DNA from: an uncultured Pelagibacteraceae bacterium
Lineage (GTDB): Bacteria > Pseudomonadota > Alphaproteobacteria > Pelagibacterales > Pelagibacteraceae
DNA length: 64,000 bases
Assembly (NCBI GenBank): GCA_902532645.1
Contig: CACAIU010000001.1
Span: forward strand, 1,989-65,988
Direction of reading: 5' to 3'
This document shows positions 1 through 11,851 of this stretch, one piece after another. Both the position numbers and the translations under genes were made by a program. Position 1 is the stretch's first letter. Every line of letters starts with the position of its first letter. The notes under the pieces were generated by a model. It did not search any database, was not told the origin of the DNA, and saw nothing but the letters and a program-made list of their open reading frames with translations.

Positions 1-63
1 TGCAAAATACGAAATTATCAGAAAACAAAATATGCATAAAATGGAGCCAATTCCTGTTTGCAT
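1..63 (-). CDS. Partial 5' end of a putative membrane protein running off the window
   Basis: ATG at 63 on the minus strand opens MQTGIGSILCIFCFLIISYFA..., hydrophobic and divergent from cysS. Only 21 codons visible. Confidence 0.4.
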   Translation of the reverse strand, partial: MQTGIGSILCIFCFLIISYFA

Positions 64-121
64 AATTCCAAATTAATCAAATAGATTCACAAATCTATAA
101 TTTAAGTATATTTCTTCAACT

Positions 122-1477
122 ATGAGTTTAGATATTTTTTTAACAAATAATCTTACTAACAAAAAAGAAAAATTTATTCCCAAAGATAAAAATAATGTGA
201 GAATGTATGTTTGCGGTCCAACTGTTTATGATGATCCTCATATTGGAAATGCTAGACCAGTAATTGTATTTGATATTCTATTTAAAATTTTAAAAAATAA
301 ATTTCCTAAAGTAACTTATGTAAGAAATATTACAGATGTAGATGATAAAATAATAAAATCCTCAAAGGAAAATAATATTTCAATTTCAGAGCTTACAAAA
401 AAAATTACTCAAAGTTTTAACGAAGATTGTATCTATCTAAATTGTGAACAACCAAATCATGAGCCAAAAGCAACTGAGCATATTTCAGAAATGATAGAAA
501 TGATTTCTGAATTAATTAAAAAAGGATTTGCTTACGAAAATAACAAGCATGTTTATTTTGAAGTAAAAAAATTTAAAGATTATGGGCAGTTATCAAACAA
601 AAAGCTAGATGAATTAGTTGCAGGATCAAGAATTGAAGTAAGTGATAATAAAAAAAATCCTGAAGATTTTGTTTTATGGAAACCATCAGAATCAGATGAA
701 CCTTCATGGGACTCACCTTGGGGAAAAGGTAGACCTGGTTGGCATTTAGAATGTTCGGCAATGTCTAAAAAATATTTAGGAAACGAATTTGATGTTCATG
801 GAGGAGGCGTTGATTTGTTATTTCCACATCATGAAAATGAAATAGCTCAATCAAGATGTGCAAATGATAGTAAGGCGTTTGCAAATTATTGGTTACATAA
901 TGCATTTATCACAATGTCCAATGAAAAAATGGCAAAATCACAGGGTAATATTTTAAAAATTAAAGATTTTAGAAATAATAAAAGTGGTCAAGTTTTAAGA
1001 ATGGCTTTGATGAGTGCACATTATCGACAGCCACTTGATTGGAATGATAAGCTTTTAGAGGAATGTGAAAATACAATTAATAAATGGTACAATGTTTACT
1101 TAAACATAAAAACAAAATTAAAAATTTCAGATGAAATTCTTAAACCTCTTCTCGATGATTTAAATACACCAGGCTATATTGCTAATTTACATAAACTATA
1201 TGAGAAAGCAGCGAAGGGTTCTGATGAAGATAAAATATTATTTATTTCTGCCTGCAATTTTATTGGATTGTTAAATGAAACTAAAGAGGATTGGCTTAAA
1301 TTCAAGAAAAACAAGGTATCAATTTCTGAAAATGAAATTTTAATTAAAATTAATCAGAGAAATGAAGCTAGAGTTAATAAAAATTATAAGGAAGCTGACA
1401 AAATAAGAGATGAGCTATTAGACAAAGGTGTTTTAATAGAAGATAAAGATGGTAAAACGACTTGGAAATTTAAATGA
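122..1477 (+). CDS. cysS: Cysteinyl-tRNA synthetase
   Basis: MYVCGPTVYD..HIGN (HIGH-like), GRPGWHLECSAM, HGGGVDLLFPHHENE, KMAKS motifs. Confidence 0.98.
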   Translation: MSLDIFLTNNLTNKKEKFIPKDKNNVRMYVCGPTVYDDPHIGNARPVIVFDILFKILKNKFPKVTYVRNITDVDDKIIKSSKENNISISELTKKITQSFNEDCIYLNCEQPNHEPKATEHISEMIEMISELIKKGFAYENNKHVYFEVKKFKDYGQLSNKKLDELVAGSRIEVSDNKKNPEDFVLWKPSESDEPSWDSPWGKGRPGWHLECSAMSKKYLGNEFDVHGGGVDLLFPHHENEIAQSRCANDSKAFANYWLHNAFITMSNEKMAKSQGNILKIKDFRNNKSGQVLRMALMSAHYRQPLDWNDKLLEECENTINKWYNVYLNIKTKLKISDEILKPLLDDLNTPGYIANLHKLYEKAAKGSDEDKILFISACNFIGLLNETKEDWLKFKKNKVSISENEILIKINQRNEARVNKNYKEADKIRDELLDKGVLIEDKDGKTTWKFK

Positions 1478-3076
1478 GTAAAGAACAACTTTATATATTT
1501 GATACAACACTGCGTGATGGTGCGCAAACTCAAGGTGTAGATTTTTCAATTGATGATAAAGAAAAAAATCTCATCAGCATTAGATAAATTAGGTGTGGAT
1601 TATGTTGAAGGTGGTTGGCCAGGTGCAAATCCAACTGATACTGAGTTTTTTAATAAAGATCATAATTTTAAATCAACGAAATTGACTGCATTTGGAATGA
1701 CTAAAAAATCTGAACACAGTGCAGAAAATGACCCCATGCTCTCATCATTAATCAATTCTAAAAGTACTTCTGTTTGCTTGTTTGGAAAATCATGGGATTT
1801 TCAAGTGGATGTCGCATTAGGAATAAGTAATAAGCAGAATTTAATGAATATAAGTGAAAGTACTAAACACATTGTTAAATCTGGAAAAGAGTTCATGTTC
1901 GATGCTGAACATTTTTTTGATGGATATAAAGCGAATCCAGAATATGCAATGTCATGTTTAAAAGCTGCTTTTGATAATGGGGCTAGATGGATTGTATTAT
2001 GTGATACAAATGGCGGCACACTTCCACACGAGATAACAGAAATTGTATCTAAAGTAAGCAAACAAATCCCTGGAAAAAATTTAGGAATACATGCTCATAA
2101 TGATACCGAAAATGCTGTAGCAAACAGTCTTGCAGCAGTTCAAGCAGGTGTTAGACAAATCCAGGGCACAATCAATGGTTTGGGTGAAAGATGTGGAAAT
2201 GCTAATTTAATGTCATTAATTCCCTCATTTTTTTTAAAGAAAGATTTTTCAGATACGTTTGAATTAAGTATTAAAAGAGAAAATTTAAAAAACTTAACTC
2301 AATGCTCAAGATTATTAGATGAGATATTAAATAGAAAACCCAATAAACATTTACCTTATGTTGGAGCTTCTGCTTTTTCTCACAAGGGTGGAATGCATGT
2401 ATCAGCAGTTCAAAAAGATCCTAAAACCTATGAGCACATAAATCCAGAAGAAGTTGGAAACTCTAGAAATATAGTTGTTTCAGATCAATCGGGACAATCC
2501 AATATAATGTCGAGATTGAATTTAATAGGAATTAAAGTTGAGAAAAGCGATCCAAAAATTAAAAAACTTTTAGATGAAGTTAAAGATCGAGAATTTATTG
2601 GTTATAGTTATGATGGTGCTGACGCATCCTTTGAGTTGTTAGCCCGAAGATTAATGGGGGAGATACCAAGATATATTTCTATTAATGAATATGATGTTTC
2701 GGTAAAGAAAGATAAAGCAGGAGAAATAGTTTCATATGCAAAAGCTCAATTAGAAGTGGATGGAGACAAAATTTTGTGTGAAGGACAAGGAAACGGACCT
2801 GTTAATGCTCTAGATAATGCAATTAGAAAGAATGTTAACAAGCTTGCTAAATATTCAGAATATTTAAAAGATTTAAGATTAGTTGATTACAAAGTTAGAA
2901 TTTTAAACACCGGTACAGAAGCTGTAACAAGAGTAAGTATTGAAAGTACAGATTCGAAGGGTGTTAATTGGTTTACTATTGGGGTATCACCAAATATCAT
3001 TGATGCATCTTTCAAAGCTCTTGTTGATAGTTTAGATTATAAGTTATTTAAGGATAAAGCACCCGGAAGTTTGTAA
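1474..3076 (+). CDS. cimA: Citramalate synthase (LeuA/CimA family), with an apparent +1 frameshift in the A7 run at 1562-1568
   Basis: ATG at 1474 gives MSKEQLYIFDTTLRDGAQTQG (DRE motif). Removing one A joins it to the 1550-3076 frame, which has HAHND, GERCGNA and a C-terminal regulatory domain (GNGPVNALD). Confidence 0.9.
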
Positions 3077-3078
3077 GA

Positions 3079-3942
3079 ATGAAAATTAAAAAATTTTCAG
3101 AAAAGCCATCTGATCTGAAAGATAGAATAGGAGCAAAACCAATAGTTTGTTACCCAAATACAGATATTGAAGAAAAAAATTTAGGTATTTTACATTCGGC
3201 TAGAAAACACCTAGTTAAAAAAGACGAAGTTATTATTCCTCCAAGAGATGCAAAAACTTTTGAAGTTAAATTTGGAGAGTTTTTTAGAATTGAGAGTGTA
3301 GAAGGACCCCAGGTAGGAGATTTAAATTTATTTAATTTAAATAATTTAGAAGAAAAATTTTACTCAGGTAAAACAAGAGCACTTTATGGTACTCATCTTT
3401 CAGTAGGCGATAAAATGTTTAGTAGTTTTCCCTATCTTAGATCTTTAGCAACAATAACTTGGGACACTTTAGATTGGTATGATTATGATCAAGATGGAGG
3501 ATCGGTTCATGATGTTATTGGCACAAGATGTGATCCTTACACATCAAAACTTTTGAGCGATAATGATTACCATTATTGTTGCCACTCAAATTTAACAAGA
3601 GCTTTGGTTAAAGAAAAAAATATTAAATTAGATCATGCAGAAAAAATAGTTCATGATGTATTAAATGTTTTTATGTTAACTGGATTTACCAATGATACTA
3701 AACAATATTTTATGAAAGCAAGTCCCGTAAGACCTGGTGATTATTTAGAGTTTTTTGCTGAAACAGATTTGTTAGGTGCTCTTTCTGCTTGTCCAGGAGG
3801 TGATTGTGGATCTGAACACTCATCCGATGTAGCAAAATGTTATCCTTTAAAAGTTTCTATTTGGACAGTAGATCCTAAATATTTAAATGATATCAAACCA
3901 TCAGCTATTTCCAATTATAACAGAAATCATGGCATAGATTAA
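3079..3942 (+). CDS. DUF1989 / urea carboxylase-associated family protein
   Basis: GPQVGDLNLFN, HDVIGTRCDPY, CCHSNL, LNVFM, SACPGGD motifs typical of DUF1989. Confidence 0.8.
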   Translation: MKIKKFSEKPSDLKDRIGAKPIVCYPNTDIEEKNLGILHSARKHLVKKDEVIIPPRDAKTFEVKFGEFFRIESVEGPQVGDLNLFNLNNLEEKFYSGKTRALYGTHLSVGDKMFSSFPYLRSLATITWDTLDWYDYDQDGGSVHDVIGTRCDPYTSKLLSDNDYHYCCHSNLTRALVKEKNIKLDHAEKIVHDVLNVFMLTGFTNDTKQYFMKASPVRPGDYLEFFAETDLLGALSACPGGDCGSEHSSDVAKCYPLKVSIWTVDPKYLNDIKPSAISNYNRNHGID

Positions 3943-4655
3943 TGTCTGTTAATAATATTACTTTCATTTTACACAAACCTCAACTCTCAGAAAATATAGG
4001 AGCGTGTGCAAGAGGAATGAAAAATTTTAATTTTAATAAACTTATTGTTATTGATCCTAAACCAATATTTCCAAATGATAAAATTTTAGCAACCTCAGTA
4101 GGAGCAAAAAATATAATTAATAAGGCAAAAAATTTTGAAAATTTAGAAAAACCTTTAAAAAATATTGATATTGTAATTGCAACATCAGCACGATTTAGAA
4201 ATAAAAATATTAAACATATCCAATTAGAAGATTTAATAAAAATTAATTATAAAAAGAAAATAGCTTTTTTATTCGGTTCAGAAGCATCCGGTCTATCAAA
4301 CAATGAAATAAGTTATGCAAATTATACTTTGCAAATTCCAACTAATCCTGATTTTAAATCATTAAACCTATCACACAGCTTAATAATAATTGCTCAATAT
4401 CTATCAAGTATAATTAATTCAAAAGCAGCATCTTTTAAGAAATCAAATAAAGTTAAATCAGCATCTAAAAAAGACATAGTTGCTATGGCAAACCTTTGTA
4501 TACAGAATCTTGAAGAGATTAATTTTTTTAAATCAAAAGAGAAGAAACCGATAATGCTTGAAAACTTGAGGAATATTTTTTATAGGATGGAATTATCAAC
4601 CAAAGAAACACGTATTTTATCAGGGGTATTTGCAAGTTTAGGTAAAAAACGTTGA
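3942..4655 (+). CDS. trmJ: SPOUT RNA methyltransferase, TrmJ/LasT family
   Basis: PQLSENIGACARGMKNF, FGSEASGLSN, SLNLSH motifs. Confidence 0.85.
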   Translation: MSVNNITFILHKPQLSENIGACARGMKNFNFNKLIVIDPKPIFPNDKILATSVGAKNIINKAKNFENLEKPLKNIDIVIATSARFRNKNIKHIQLEDLIKINYKKKIAFLFGSEASGLSNNEISYANYTLQIPTNPDFKSLNLSHSLIIIAQYLSSIINSKAASFKKSNKVKSASKKDIVAMANLCIQNLEEINFFKSKEKKPIMLENLRNIFYRMELSTKETRILSGVFASLGKKR

Positions 4656-4683
4656 TTGACAAAATGATGAGTAAGTTTATAAA
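4656..4683 (+). promoter_or_regulatory. Putative sigma70 promoter of rpsD
   Basis: TTGACA-16 bp-TATAAA ending 12 nt before the rpsD ATG. Confidence 0.6.
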
Positions 4684-4695
4684 GCCCACTATCAA

Positions 4696-5313
4696 ATGAC
4701 AAAAAGATTAAACTCTAAACATAAAGTAGACAGAAGATTAAAAGTTAACCTTTGGGGAAGACCTAAAAGTCCTTTTAACACTAGGGCTTATGGACCAGGA
4801 CAACATGGTCAAACAAAAACATCAAAGCCATCTGATTATGGAATACAGCTTCAGGCAAAACAAAAATTAAAAGCCTATTATGGGAACATCAACGAAAGAC
4901 AATTTAGAAATATATATAAAAAAGCTGTAATGCTCAAAGGTGATACTGGTGAAAACTTAATTGGTCTTCTTGAACGAAGATTAGATGCTGTGATCTATAG
5001 AGCAAAATTTGCAACAACAATTTTTTCAGCTAGACAATTAATCAATCATGGTCATGTGAAAGTAAACGGCAAAAAAGTAAACATTGGGAGTTATTTAGTT
5101 AGAGAAGAAGATTCAATTGAGATAAGAGATAAATCTAAGCAGCTTGCAATAATTGATATTGCCCTTGCAAATAAAGAAAGAGAAACCCCAGAATATATCC
5201 AAATGGATGAAAAAAACAAAAAGCTAAAGTTTGTTAGAGTGCCAAAGTTTGAAGAAGTTCCTTATCCAATTATTATGGAACCTAACTTAGTAATTGAATA
5301 TTATTCTAGATAA
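4696..5313 (+). CDS. rpsD: 30S ribosomal protein S4
   Basis: [25 protein letters not shown] motifs. Confidence 0.98.
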   Translation: MTKRLNSKHKVDRRLKVNLWGRPKSPFNTRAYGPGQHGQTKTSKPSDYGIQLQAKQKLKAYYGNINERQFRNIYKKAVMLKGDTGENLIGLLERRLDAVIYRAKFATTIFSARQLINHGHVKVNGKKVNIGSYLVREEDSIEIRDKSKQLAIIDIALANKERETPEYIQMDEKNKKLKFVRVPKFEEVPYPIIMEPNLVIEYYSR

Positions 5314-5652
5314 TTAGCTCTTAGTTTTAAAATTTATATTTTTACTTTCAAAAAGTTTTGTTAATTCACCATTCTCATACATTTCTTTAACGATGTCACA
5401 TCCACCTATAAATTCATTCTTAACATAAAGTTGTGGTATCGTTGGCCAATCACTAAAAACTTTAATACCTTCTCTTAAATTTTGATTTTCTAATACATTT
5501 ATACCTTTAAAATTTACTTCAAGGATTTTTAAGATATTTGAAGTAGCCATTGAAAATCCACATTGTGGTGCGTCTGGTGTGCCTTTCATAAACAAACATA
5601 CTTCGTTGTTTTCTATTTCATTTTTTATTAAATCATTTGTTTGTTGATCCAT
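5314..5652 (-). CDS. grxD: Monothiol glutaredoxin Grx4
   Basis: KGTPDAPQCGFS, WPTIPQLY, GGCDI motifs. Confidence 0.95.
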   Translation of the reverse strand: MDQQTNDLIKNEIENNEVCLFMKGTPDAPQCGFSMATSNILKILEVNFKGINVLENQNLREGIKVFSDWPTIPQLYVKNEFIGGCDIVKEMYENGELTKLFESKNINFKTKS

Positions 5653-5653
5653 T

Positions 5654-5884
5654 TTAACTCTCCTTTGTTTTAATTGCTAATGCATGTAGTTCATTTCCCA
5701 TTCTACCTTTTAATGAGTTGTAAACCATTTTATGTTGCTCAATTTTACTTTTTCCAGAAAATTGAGATGAGGTTACGGTTGCTGAATAATGATTTCCATC
5801 ACCTGCCAAATCTTGTATTTCAACAATAGCATCTGGCATTGCCTCTTTTATAAAATTCTCAATTTCTTTTAAATCCATCGCCAT
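5654..5884 (-). CDS. bolA: BolA family protein
   Basis: DLAGDGNHY, QHKMVY, LHALAI. Probable start MAMD at 5884 overlaps the purL stop (TAATG). Adjacent to grxD. Confidence 0.9.
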   Translation of the reverse strand: MAMDLKEIENFIKEAMPDAIVEIQDLAGDGNHYSATVTSSQFSGKSKIEQHKMVYNSLKGRMGNELHALAIKTKES

Positions 5885-8077
5885 TATTTGCTCATATAGT
5901 TTGTAAGCCAACTTTTATTTGAACTTGATAATTCGTCAATTGTAACTTTTGTCTTATCATTAATATATAGTTCATTTTCATTAGTTATGCCAAGTTCATC
6001 AAAATGTACTGCATTTTTATTTAATATATCAGCTACTTTTCTAAAATTTTTTTTGTTTATTTCTATAATATACCTACCTTGATCTTCAGCGAATAAGTAC
6101 TCTATTTCATTAATTAAATATCTAGGTTTTTTAATATTTATTCCCTTTTTACCTTTAATACACATTTTTGCTACTGCGGTAATTATACCACCCAAAGAAA
6201 CATCGTGTGCACTTTTTATTAAATTGTTATCAATCAATTTTAGTAATGTTTCTCCATTATTTTTTTCATTAAAAAAGATTTACCTCGGGTGGAGGTCCAT
6301 TTTTTTCATCCAATATAGTTCTTGAAAATAAACTTTGATCAATATGTCCCTCTGTTTTTCCGATTACTAAAACCAAATTATCAACTTCTTTAAAATCCAT
6401 AGTAATCATATTCTTATAATCTTTGATTAATCCAACTCCACCGATTGTAGGTGTAGGTTTTATACCTTCGTCTTTTGTTTGATTGTAAAAAGAAACATTT
6501 CCTGAAACTACTGGAAACTTTAAATATTCGCTTGCTTCACCTATGCCTTGAACACATTCAACAAACTCACCCATATTTTCTTCATTTTCAGGACTTCCAA
6601 AATTTAAACAATTAGTAATAGCAATTGGTTTAGCACCTACAGAAACAAGATTTCTAAAACTTTCACAAACTACTTGTTTTCCACCTGTTAAAGGATGTGC
6701 CCAACAATAAACTGCAGAGGAGTCAACAGAAGCAGCAACAGCTTTATCAGTACCATGAACTCTTACAACACCTGCATCTCCACCTGGTTTCTGTATAGTA
6801 TCTCCCATTACAGTATGATCATATTGTTGCCAAATCCATTCTTTACTACAAATATTTGGATTTGCTAAAATTTTTTTTAAAACATCAATAATTTTTAAAT
6901 ATTTGATATCTTCTTTTTTAATTTTATTTTTTTTTGGTAACTTTGTTTTTTTCCATTTTCGATCATACATAGGAGAGTTTTCAACTAAGGTATTAACTGG
7001 AATATCAGCAACTTTTTCTTCATCAAAATAAAGTTCTATTTTTTTTGACTTAGTAGTTTTTCCAATTACTGCAAAATCTAAGTTCCATTTATCAAATATT
7101 TTTTTTGCCTGTTCTTCTTTACCATTTTCTAAAACAATCAACATTCTTTCTTGGCTCTCTGAGAGCATTATTTCATAAGGAGTCATTTTGGCTTCTCTAC
7201 AAGGTACTTTATTTAAGTTAATTTCTATTCCAAGTTTTCCTTTTGAAGCCATCTCAATACTTGAAGAAGTTAATCCTGCAGCACCCATATCCTGGATAGC
7301 TATAATTGAATCTCCAGCCATTAACTCCAAACAAGCCTCAAGTAAAAGTTTTTCAGTAAACGGATCTCCAACTTGAACTGTTGGTTTTTTTTCTTCAATT
7401 TTTTCATCGAAACTAGCTGAAGCCATACTTGCGCCATGTATTCCATCTCTTCCAGTTTTAGACCCAACATAAATGACAGGCTTATTTAAACCTGCAGCTT
7501 TAGAGTAAAAAATCTTATTTTTTTTGACCAATCCTAATGTCATAGCATTAACTAAAATGTTTCCATTGTAGGAACTATCAAAGCTTGTTTGGCCAGCAAT
7601 AGTTGGAACTCCCATACAATTCCCATAACCACCTATTCCATGAACTACACCTCTTAGTAAATTTTTTGTTTTTTTATGCTGTGGAGATCCAAAATGTATT
7701 GAGTTTAAGTTAGCTATTGGTCTTGCACCCATTGTAAATACATCACGCATAATACCTCCAACACCAGTGGCAGCACCTTGATAAGGTTCAATAAATGAAG
7801 GATGATTATGGCTTTCTATTTTAAAAACTATTGCATCATTATCCTCAATATCTATAACACCTGCATTTTCTCCTGGACCTTGGATAACCTTCTTTCCTTT
7901 AGTGGGTAGCTTTTTTAAATGTAATCTTGATGATTTATAAGAACAATGCTCATTCCACATTGCAGAAAAAATACCTAGCTCTGTGATATTAGGAGTTCTC
8001 TTTAATAGTTTACAAATTTTAGCGTATTCATCTTTCTTTAAACCGTGATCAACTGCAACTTGTTCGTTTACGATCAT
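5884..8077 (-). CDS. purL: Phosphoribosylformylglycinamidine synthase subunit PurL, with an apparent +1 frameshift at 6271-6276
   Basis: WNEHCSYKSS, ESHNHPS, DMGAAGLTSS motifs. The C-terminal part (SAHDVSLGG, 5884-6237) joins in frame when one T is removed from the T6 run. Confidence 0.95.
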
Positions 8078-8757
8078 TTTAAGTTTTTTATTAAGTTTTT
8101 AAAAAATAATGATCCATCCTCGCCAGATAGAGATGTATCAATCATTCTTTCAGGGTGGGGCATCATTCCAAGGACATTTTTTTCTTTATTAAATATACCA
8201 GCAATATTTTTTATTGACCCATTAGGATTAAATTGATCTTCTATTTTTCCATTTTCATCACAATAATTAATAGCTATTTGATTATTGTCTTCAATTTCTT
8301 TTAATTGATCTTGAGTGCAAAAATAATTTCCTTCATTATGGGCTATATGAAATTCTAAAACTTCATTATTAACACTTTTAAAATATTTATTTTGTTTATT
8401 GTTAATTTTCACAAAAACATTTTTACATATAAATTCCAAATATTTATTTCTGAGCAAAACACCTGGAACCAAACCAGTTTCAACTAATATTTGAAAACCA
8501 TTACAAATACCCATGACCATACCACCTGAATTTGCAAAATTAATTACTGACTGCATTATTTTGGATTTAGAAGCCATACTCCCACATCTCAAGTAATCAC
8601 CATAAGAGAATCCTCCTGGCAATACTACTAAATCACTTTTTGGTAATTCAGCATCTGCATGCCAAACCATTTTATTTTTAAATCCAAATTTCTTTAAAGC
8701 AACATCCATATCTCTGTCACAATTTGAACCAGGAAAAGTAATAACTGATGATTTCAT
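8074..8757 (-). CDS. purQ: FGAM synthase glutaminase subunit
   Basis: FPGSNCD, PGGFSYGDYLR, GICNGFQIL, MMPHPER. Confidence 0.97.
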   Translation of the reverse strand: MKSSVITFPGSNCDRDMDVALKKFGFKNKMVWHADAELPKSDLVVLPGGFSYGDYLRCGSMASKSKIMQSVINFANSGGMVMGICNGFQILVETGLVPGVLLRNKYLEFICKNVFVKINNKQNKYFKSVNNEVLEFHIAHNEGNYFCTQDQLKEIEDNNQIAINYCDENGKIEDQFNPNGSIKNIAGIFNKEKNVLGMMPHPERMIDTSLSGEDGSLFFKNLIKNLK

Positions 8758-8760
8758 TGA

Positions 8761-9003
8761 TTACTTTGGATCAATAATTTTATAATTTTCAATTACAAGA
8801 TTTGCTAAAAGCTTTTTACACATTTCTTCAACTTTTGCTTTTGCTTTGTCGTTATCTGTTTCTTTAGTGTCTATTTCAAAATATTTACCTTGCCTAACTT
8901 CATTAAGATCTTCAAATCCCATTCCATCCAAAGTTTGATGAATAACTTTTCCTTGTGGATCAAGAACATCTTTTTTTAAAGTTATAATTACAGAAATTTT
9001 CAT
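8761..9003 (-). CDS. purS: FGAM synthase PurS subunit
   Basis: [25 protein letters not shown]. Confidence 0.95.
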   Translation of the reverse strand: MKISVIITLKKDVLDPQGKVIHQTLDGMGFEDLNEVRQGKYFEIDTKETDNDKAKAKVEEMCKKLLANLVIENYKIIDPK

Positions 9004-9785
9004 TTTTTCTTTCTTTTAACAGAAGATAATTTAGTTACATTTACTGCCGAAACATTAGATTGTTCATGAAGTATACCCAATCTTTTAGCTACCTCAGTAT
9101 AGGCTGGGATTAAATCACCTAAATCTTTTCTAAATCGGTCTTTATCTAATTTTTTTTCTGTAATACTGTCCCATAATCTACATGTATCAGGACTAATTTC
9201 ATCTGCTAAAATAACTTCATTTTTTCCATCAATTTTAATTCTTCCAAATTCTAATTTAAAATCGATAAGTTTTATTCCAACACCTCTAAACATTCCAATC
9301 ATAAAATCATTAATTCTTAAAATCATTTTTTTAACTTTATCTATTTCTGTTTTTGATGCCCAATCAAATGCTAAAATATGCTCTTCAGATATTAATGGAT
9401 CTCCAAGCTTGTCATCTTTTAAGCAGTATTCAATTAGAGGTTCTTTTAAAACAGTGCCATCCTCAATACCCAATCTTTTAGTAATTGAACCTGTTGCAAC
9501 ATTTCTCACAATGAATTCGATCGGAATTATTTCTACAAGCTTTATAATTTGCTCACGCATATTTAATCTTTTAACTAAATGATTTTTAATTCCTATATGA
9601 GAGAGATTAGAGAGTATGTGTTCCGATATTCTATTATTTAGAACACCTTTACCCTCAATAGTAGTTTTTTTTTGATTATTGAATGCCGTTGCATCATCTT
9701 TAAAATATTGAATAACTAAGTTTTTATCATTTGTTGCATAAATGATCTTAGCTTTTCCTTCGTATATTTTTTTACCTTTTTTCAT
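9000..9785 (-). CDS. purC: SAICAR synthetase
   Basis: [42 protein letters not shown]. Confidence 0.97.
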   Translation of the reverse strand: MKKGKKIYEGKAKIIYATNDKNLVIQYFKDDATAFNNQKKTTIEGKGVLNNRISEHILSNLSHIGIKNHLVKRLNMREQIIKLVEIIPIEFIVRNVATGSITKRLGIEDGTVLKEPLIEYCLKDDKLGDPLISEEHILAFDWASKTEIDKVKKMILRINDFMIGMFRGVGIKLIDFKLEFGRIKIDGKNEVILADEISPDTCRLWDSITEKKLDKDRFRKDLGDLIPAYTEVAKRLGILHEQSNVSAVNVTKLSSVKRKKK

Positions 9786-11077
9786 TATTTAAAAACTCTC
9801 CTAAAGATAAAATTTACATTTTTAAAGTGTTTAGAATAATTAAATATATATTTTAGTTTTTTTGGCGAAATTTTACTCATTATAAATTTATCAGATGAAA
9901 TGACGTCAACTAATTTTAAATTTTCTGCAAAACATTTTTTTGCATAAGATTGAACCAATCTATAAGATTTTTCTCTACTTAATCCTGTTTTAGTTAACTC
10001 CAACATAACTTCTTGAGAAAAAATTAAACCTTTTGTTAAATTTAAGTTTTCTAGCATTTTTTTTGGATAAACAATCATATTGTCTAAAATATTTGTAAGC
10101 CTAACTAATGCAAAATCGGTTGTTATATTAGCATCTGGTCCGATATTTCTTTCAACACTTGAGTGAGAAATATCTCTTTCATGCCAAAGAGCTATGTTTT
10201 CAAGTGCTGGCACAACTGAACTTCTAATCATTCTAGCTAAACCAGTAAGATTTTCACTTAAGATAGGATTTTTTTTATGAGGCATTGCTGAGGATCCTTT
10301 TTGATTTTTGGAGAAATATTCTTGTAATTCATAAACCTCAGTTCTTTGTAAGTGTCTTATTTCAACTGCTATTCTCTCTATTGAACCTGCAATAATTCCT
10401 AAAACAGAAAAATAAAATGCATGTCTGTCTCTAGGAATTACTTGTGTAGATATTGGCTCAACTTTTAAATTTAATTTTTTGGCAACATGTTTTTCAACGT
10501 TTGGATTAATGTTAGCAAATGTACCAACAGCGCCAGAAATTGCACAGGTTGATACTTCTTCAATAGCATCTTTTAGTCTTTTTCTATTTCTTTTAAATTC
10601 CTCATAGAACGAAGCTAATTTTAAACCAAACGTAATTGGTTCAGCATGGATACCATGGCTTCTTCCTATACAAGGTGTAAATTTATATTTTTTTGCCTGT
10701 TTTTTTAAAACTTTTAAAATCTGATCTATATCTTTTAAAATAATTTTACCTGATTGGACTAACTGAATATTAAAACTAGTATCTAGAACATCAGATGAGG
10801 TCATACCCTGATGAAGGTATCTAGCTTTAATTCCAGCTTTTTCAGTTACAGAGGTAAGAAAAGCTATTACATCGTGTTTTACCTCAGATTCTATTTTGTG
10901 AATTCTGCTTACATTAATTCTAGCTTTTTTTCTCACAACTGAAGCAACACCTCTTGGAATTTGTCCAAGTTTTTCCATTGCTTCTGCGGCTGCAACTTCA
11001 ACATCTAACCAAATTTTGTATTTATTTTCTTCTGACCAAATATCAGTTAATTCTTTTCGCGAGTATCTTTTAATCAT
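9785..11077 (-). CDS. purB: Adenylosuccinate lyase
   Basis: [27 protein letters not shown] signature. Confidence 0.98.
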   Translation of the reverse strand: MIKRYSRKELTDIWSEENKYKIWLDVEVAAAEAMEKLGQIPRGVASVVRKKARINVSRIHKIESEVKHDVIAFLTSVTEKAGIKARYLHQGMTSSDVLDTSFNIQLVQSGKIILKDIDQILKVLKKQAKKYKFTPCIGRSHGIHAEPITFGLKLASFYEEFKRNRKRLKDAIEEVSTCAISGAVGTFANINPNVEKHVAKKLNLKVEPISTQVIPRDRHAFYFSVLGIIAGSIERIAVEIRHLQRTEVYELQEYFSKNQKGSSAMPHKKNPILSENLTGLARMIRSSVVPALENIALWHERDISHSSVERNIGPDANITTDFALVRLTNILDNMIVYPKKMLENLNLTKGLIFSQEVMLELTKTGLSREKSYRLVQSYAKKCFAENLKLVDVISSDKFIMSKISPKKLKYIFNYSKHFKNVNFIFRRVFK

Positions 11078-11080
11078 TAA

Positions 11081-11851
11081 TTATAAGTATGGAGGCTTTG
11101 AATAACCTTTAGCAGATTCTGTAAAGATTTCATAACCATTTTCAGTAATTCCTAACGTATGTTCAAATTGAGCAGATAAAGATTTATCTTTTGTAACAGC
11201 TGTCCAACCATCATTCAACATTTTTACATCATATTTACCTGAATTTATCATTGGTTCTATCGTAAATGTCATACCAGGTCTTAATTCCATGCCTGTATTT
11301 TTTTTACCATAGTGTAAAATATTTGGTGGCTCATGAAATATTGTACTTATTCCGTGACCACAAAAATCTCTTACGACTGAAAAACCTTTTTTTTCTACAA
11401 AAGATTGTATCTCATAACCAATATCCCCTAATTTTATTCCAGGTTTTAAAATTCTAATCGCTCTCATCATAGATTCGTAAGTTGTTTCAATAAGATTATT
11501 TAATTTTACAGGAGTTTTTCCTATACAAAACATTCTACTTGTATCACCATAATGTTCATCAACGATTGCTGTCACATCAACATTTACAGCGTCACCTTCT
11601 TGTAAAATTCTATCAGAAGGTATTCCATGACACACTACATGGTTTAAAGATGTGCATAAAGATTTTGTAAACCCTCTATAATATAGTGGGGCAGAGTACC
11701 CACCATTGTCTCTTATAAATTCGTATCCTAGCTTATCAATATAATCAGTTGAGATGCCTTCTTTAATATTTTCAGTTAACATATCCAAAGTTCTTGCAGC
11801 TAAATTTCCTGCAACTCTCATTTTTTCAAACTTCTCTTTATAATCAGTCAT
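11081..11851 (-). CDS. map: Methionine aminopeptidase type I
   Basis: VCHGIP, DVT..GDTS, GHGI..FHEPP, FTIEPM, SAQFEHT. Confidence 0.97.
   Translation of the reverse strand: MTDYKEKFEKMRVAGNLAARTLDMLTENIKEGISTDYIDKLGYEFIRDNGGYSAPLYYRGFTKSLCTSLNHVVCHGIPSDRILQEGDAVNVDVTAIVDEHYGDTSRMFCIGKTPVKLNNLIETTYESMMRAIRILKPGIKLGDIGYEIQSFVEKKGFSVVRDFCGHGISTIFHEPPNILHYGKKNTGMELRPGMTFTIEPMINSGKYDVKMLNDGWTAVTKDKSLSAQFEHTLGITENGYEIFTESAKGYSKPPYL

Noticed and set aside
81-99. Inverted repeat ATAGATT-CACA-AATCTAT upstream of cysS as an operator or T-box element
   Set aside because: Short and AT-rich, expected by chance. No T-box features.
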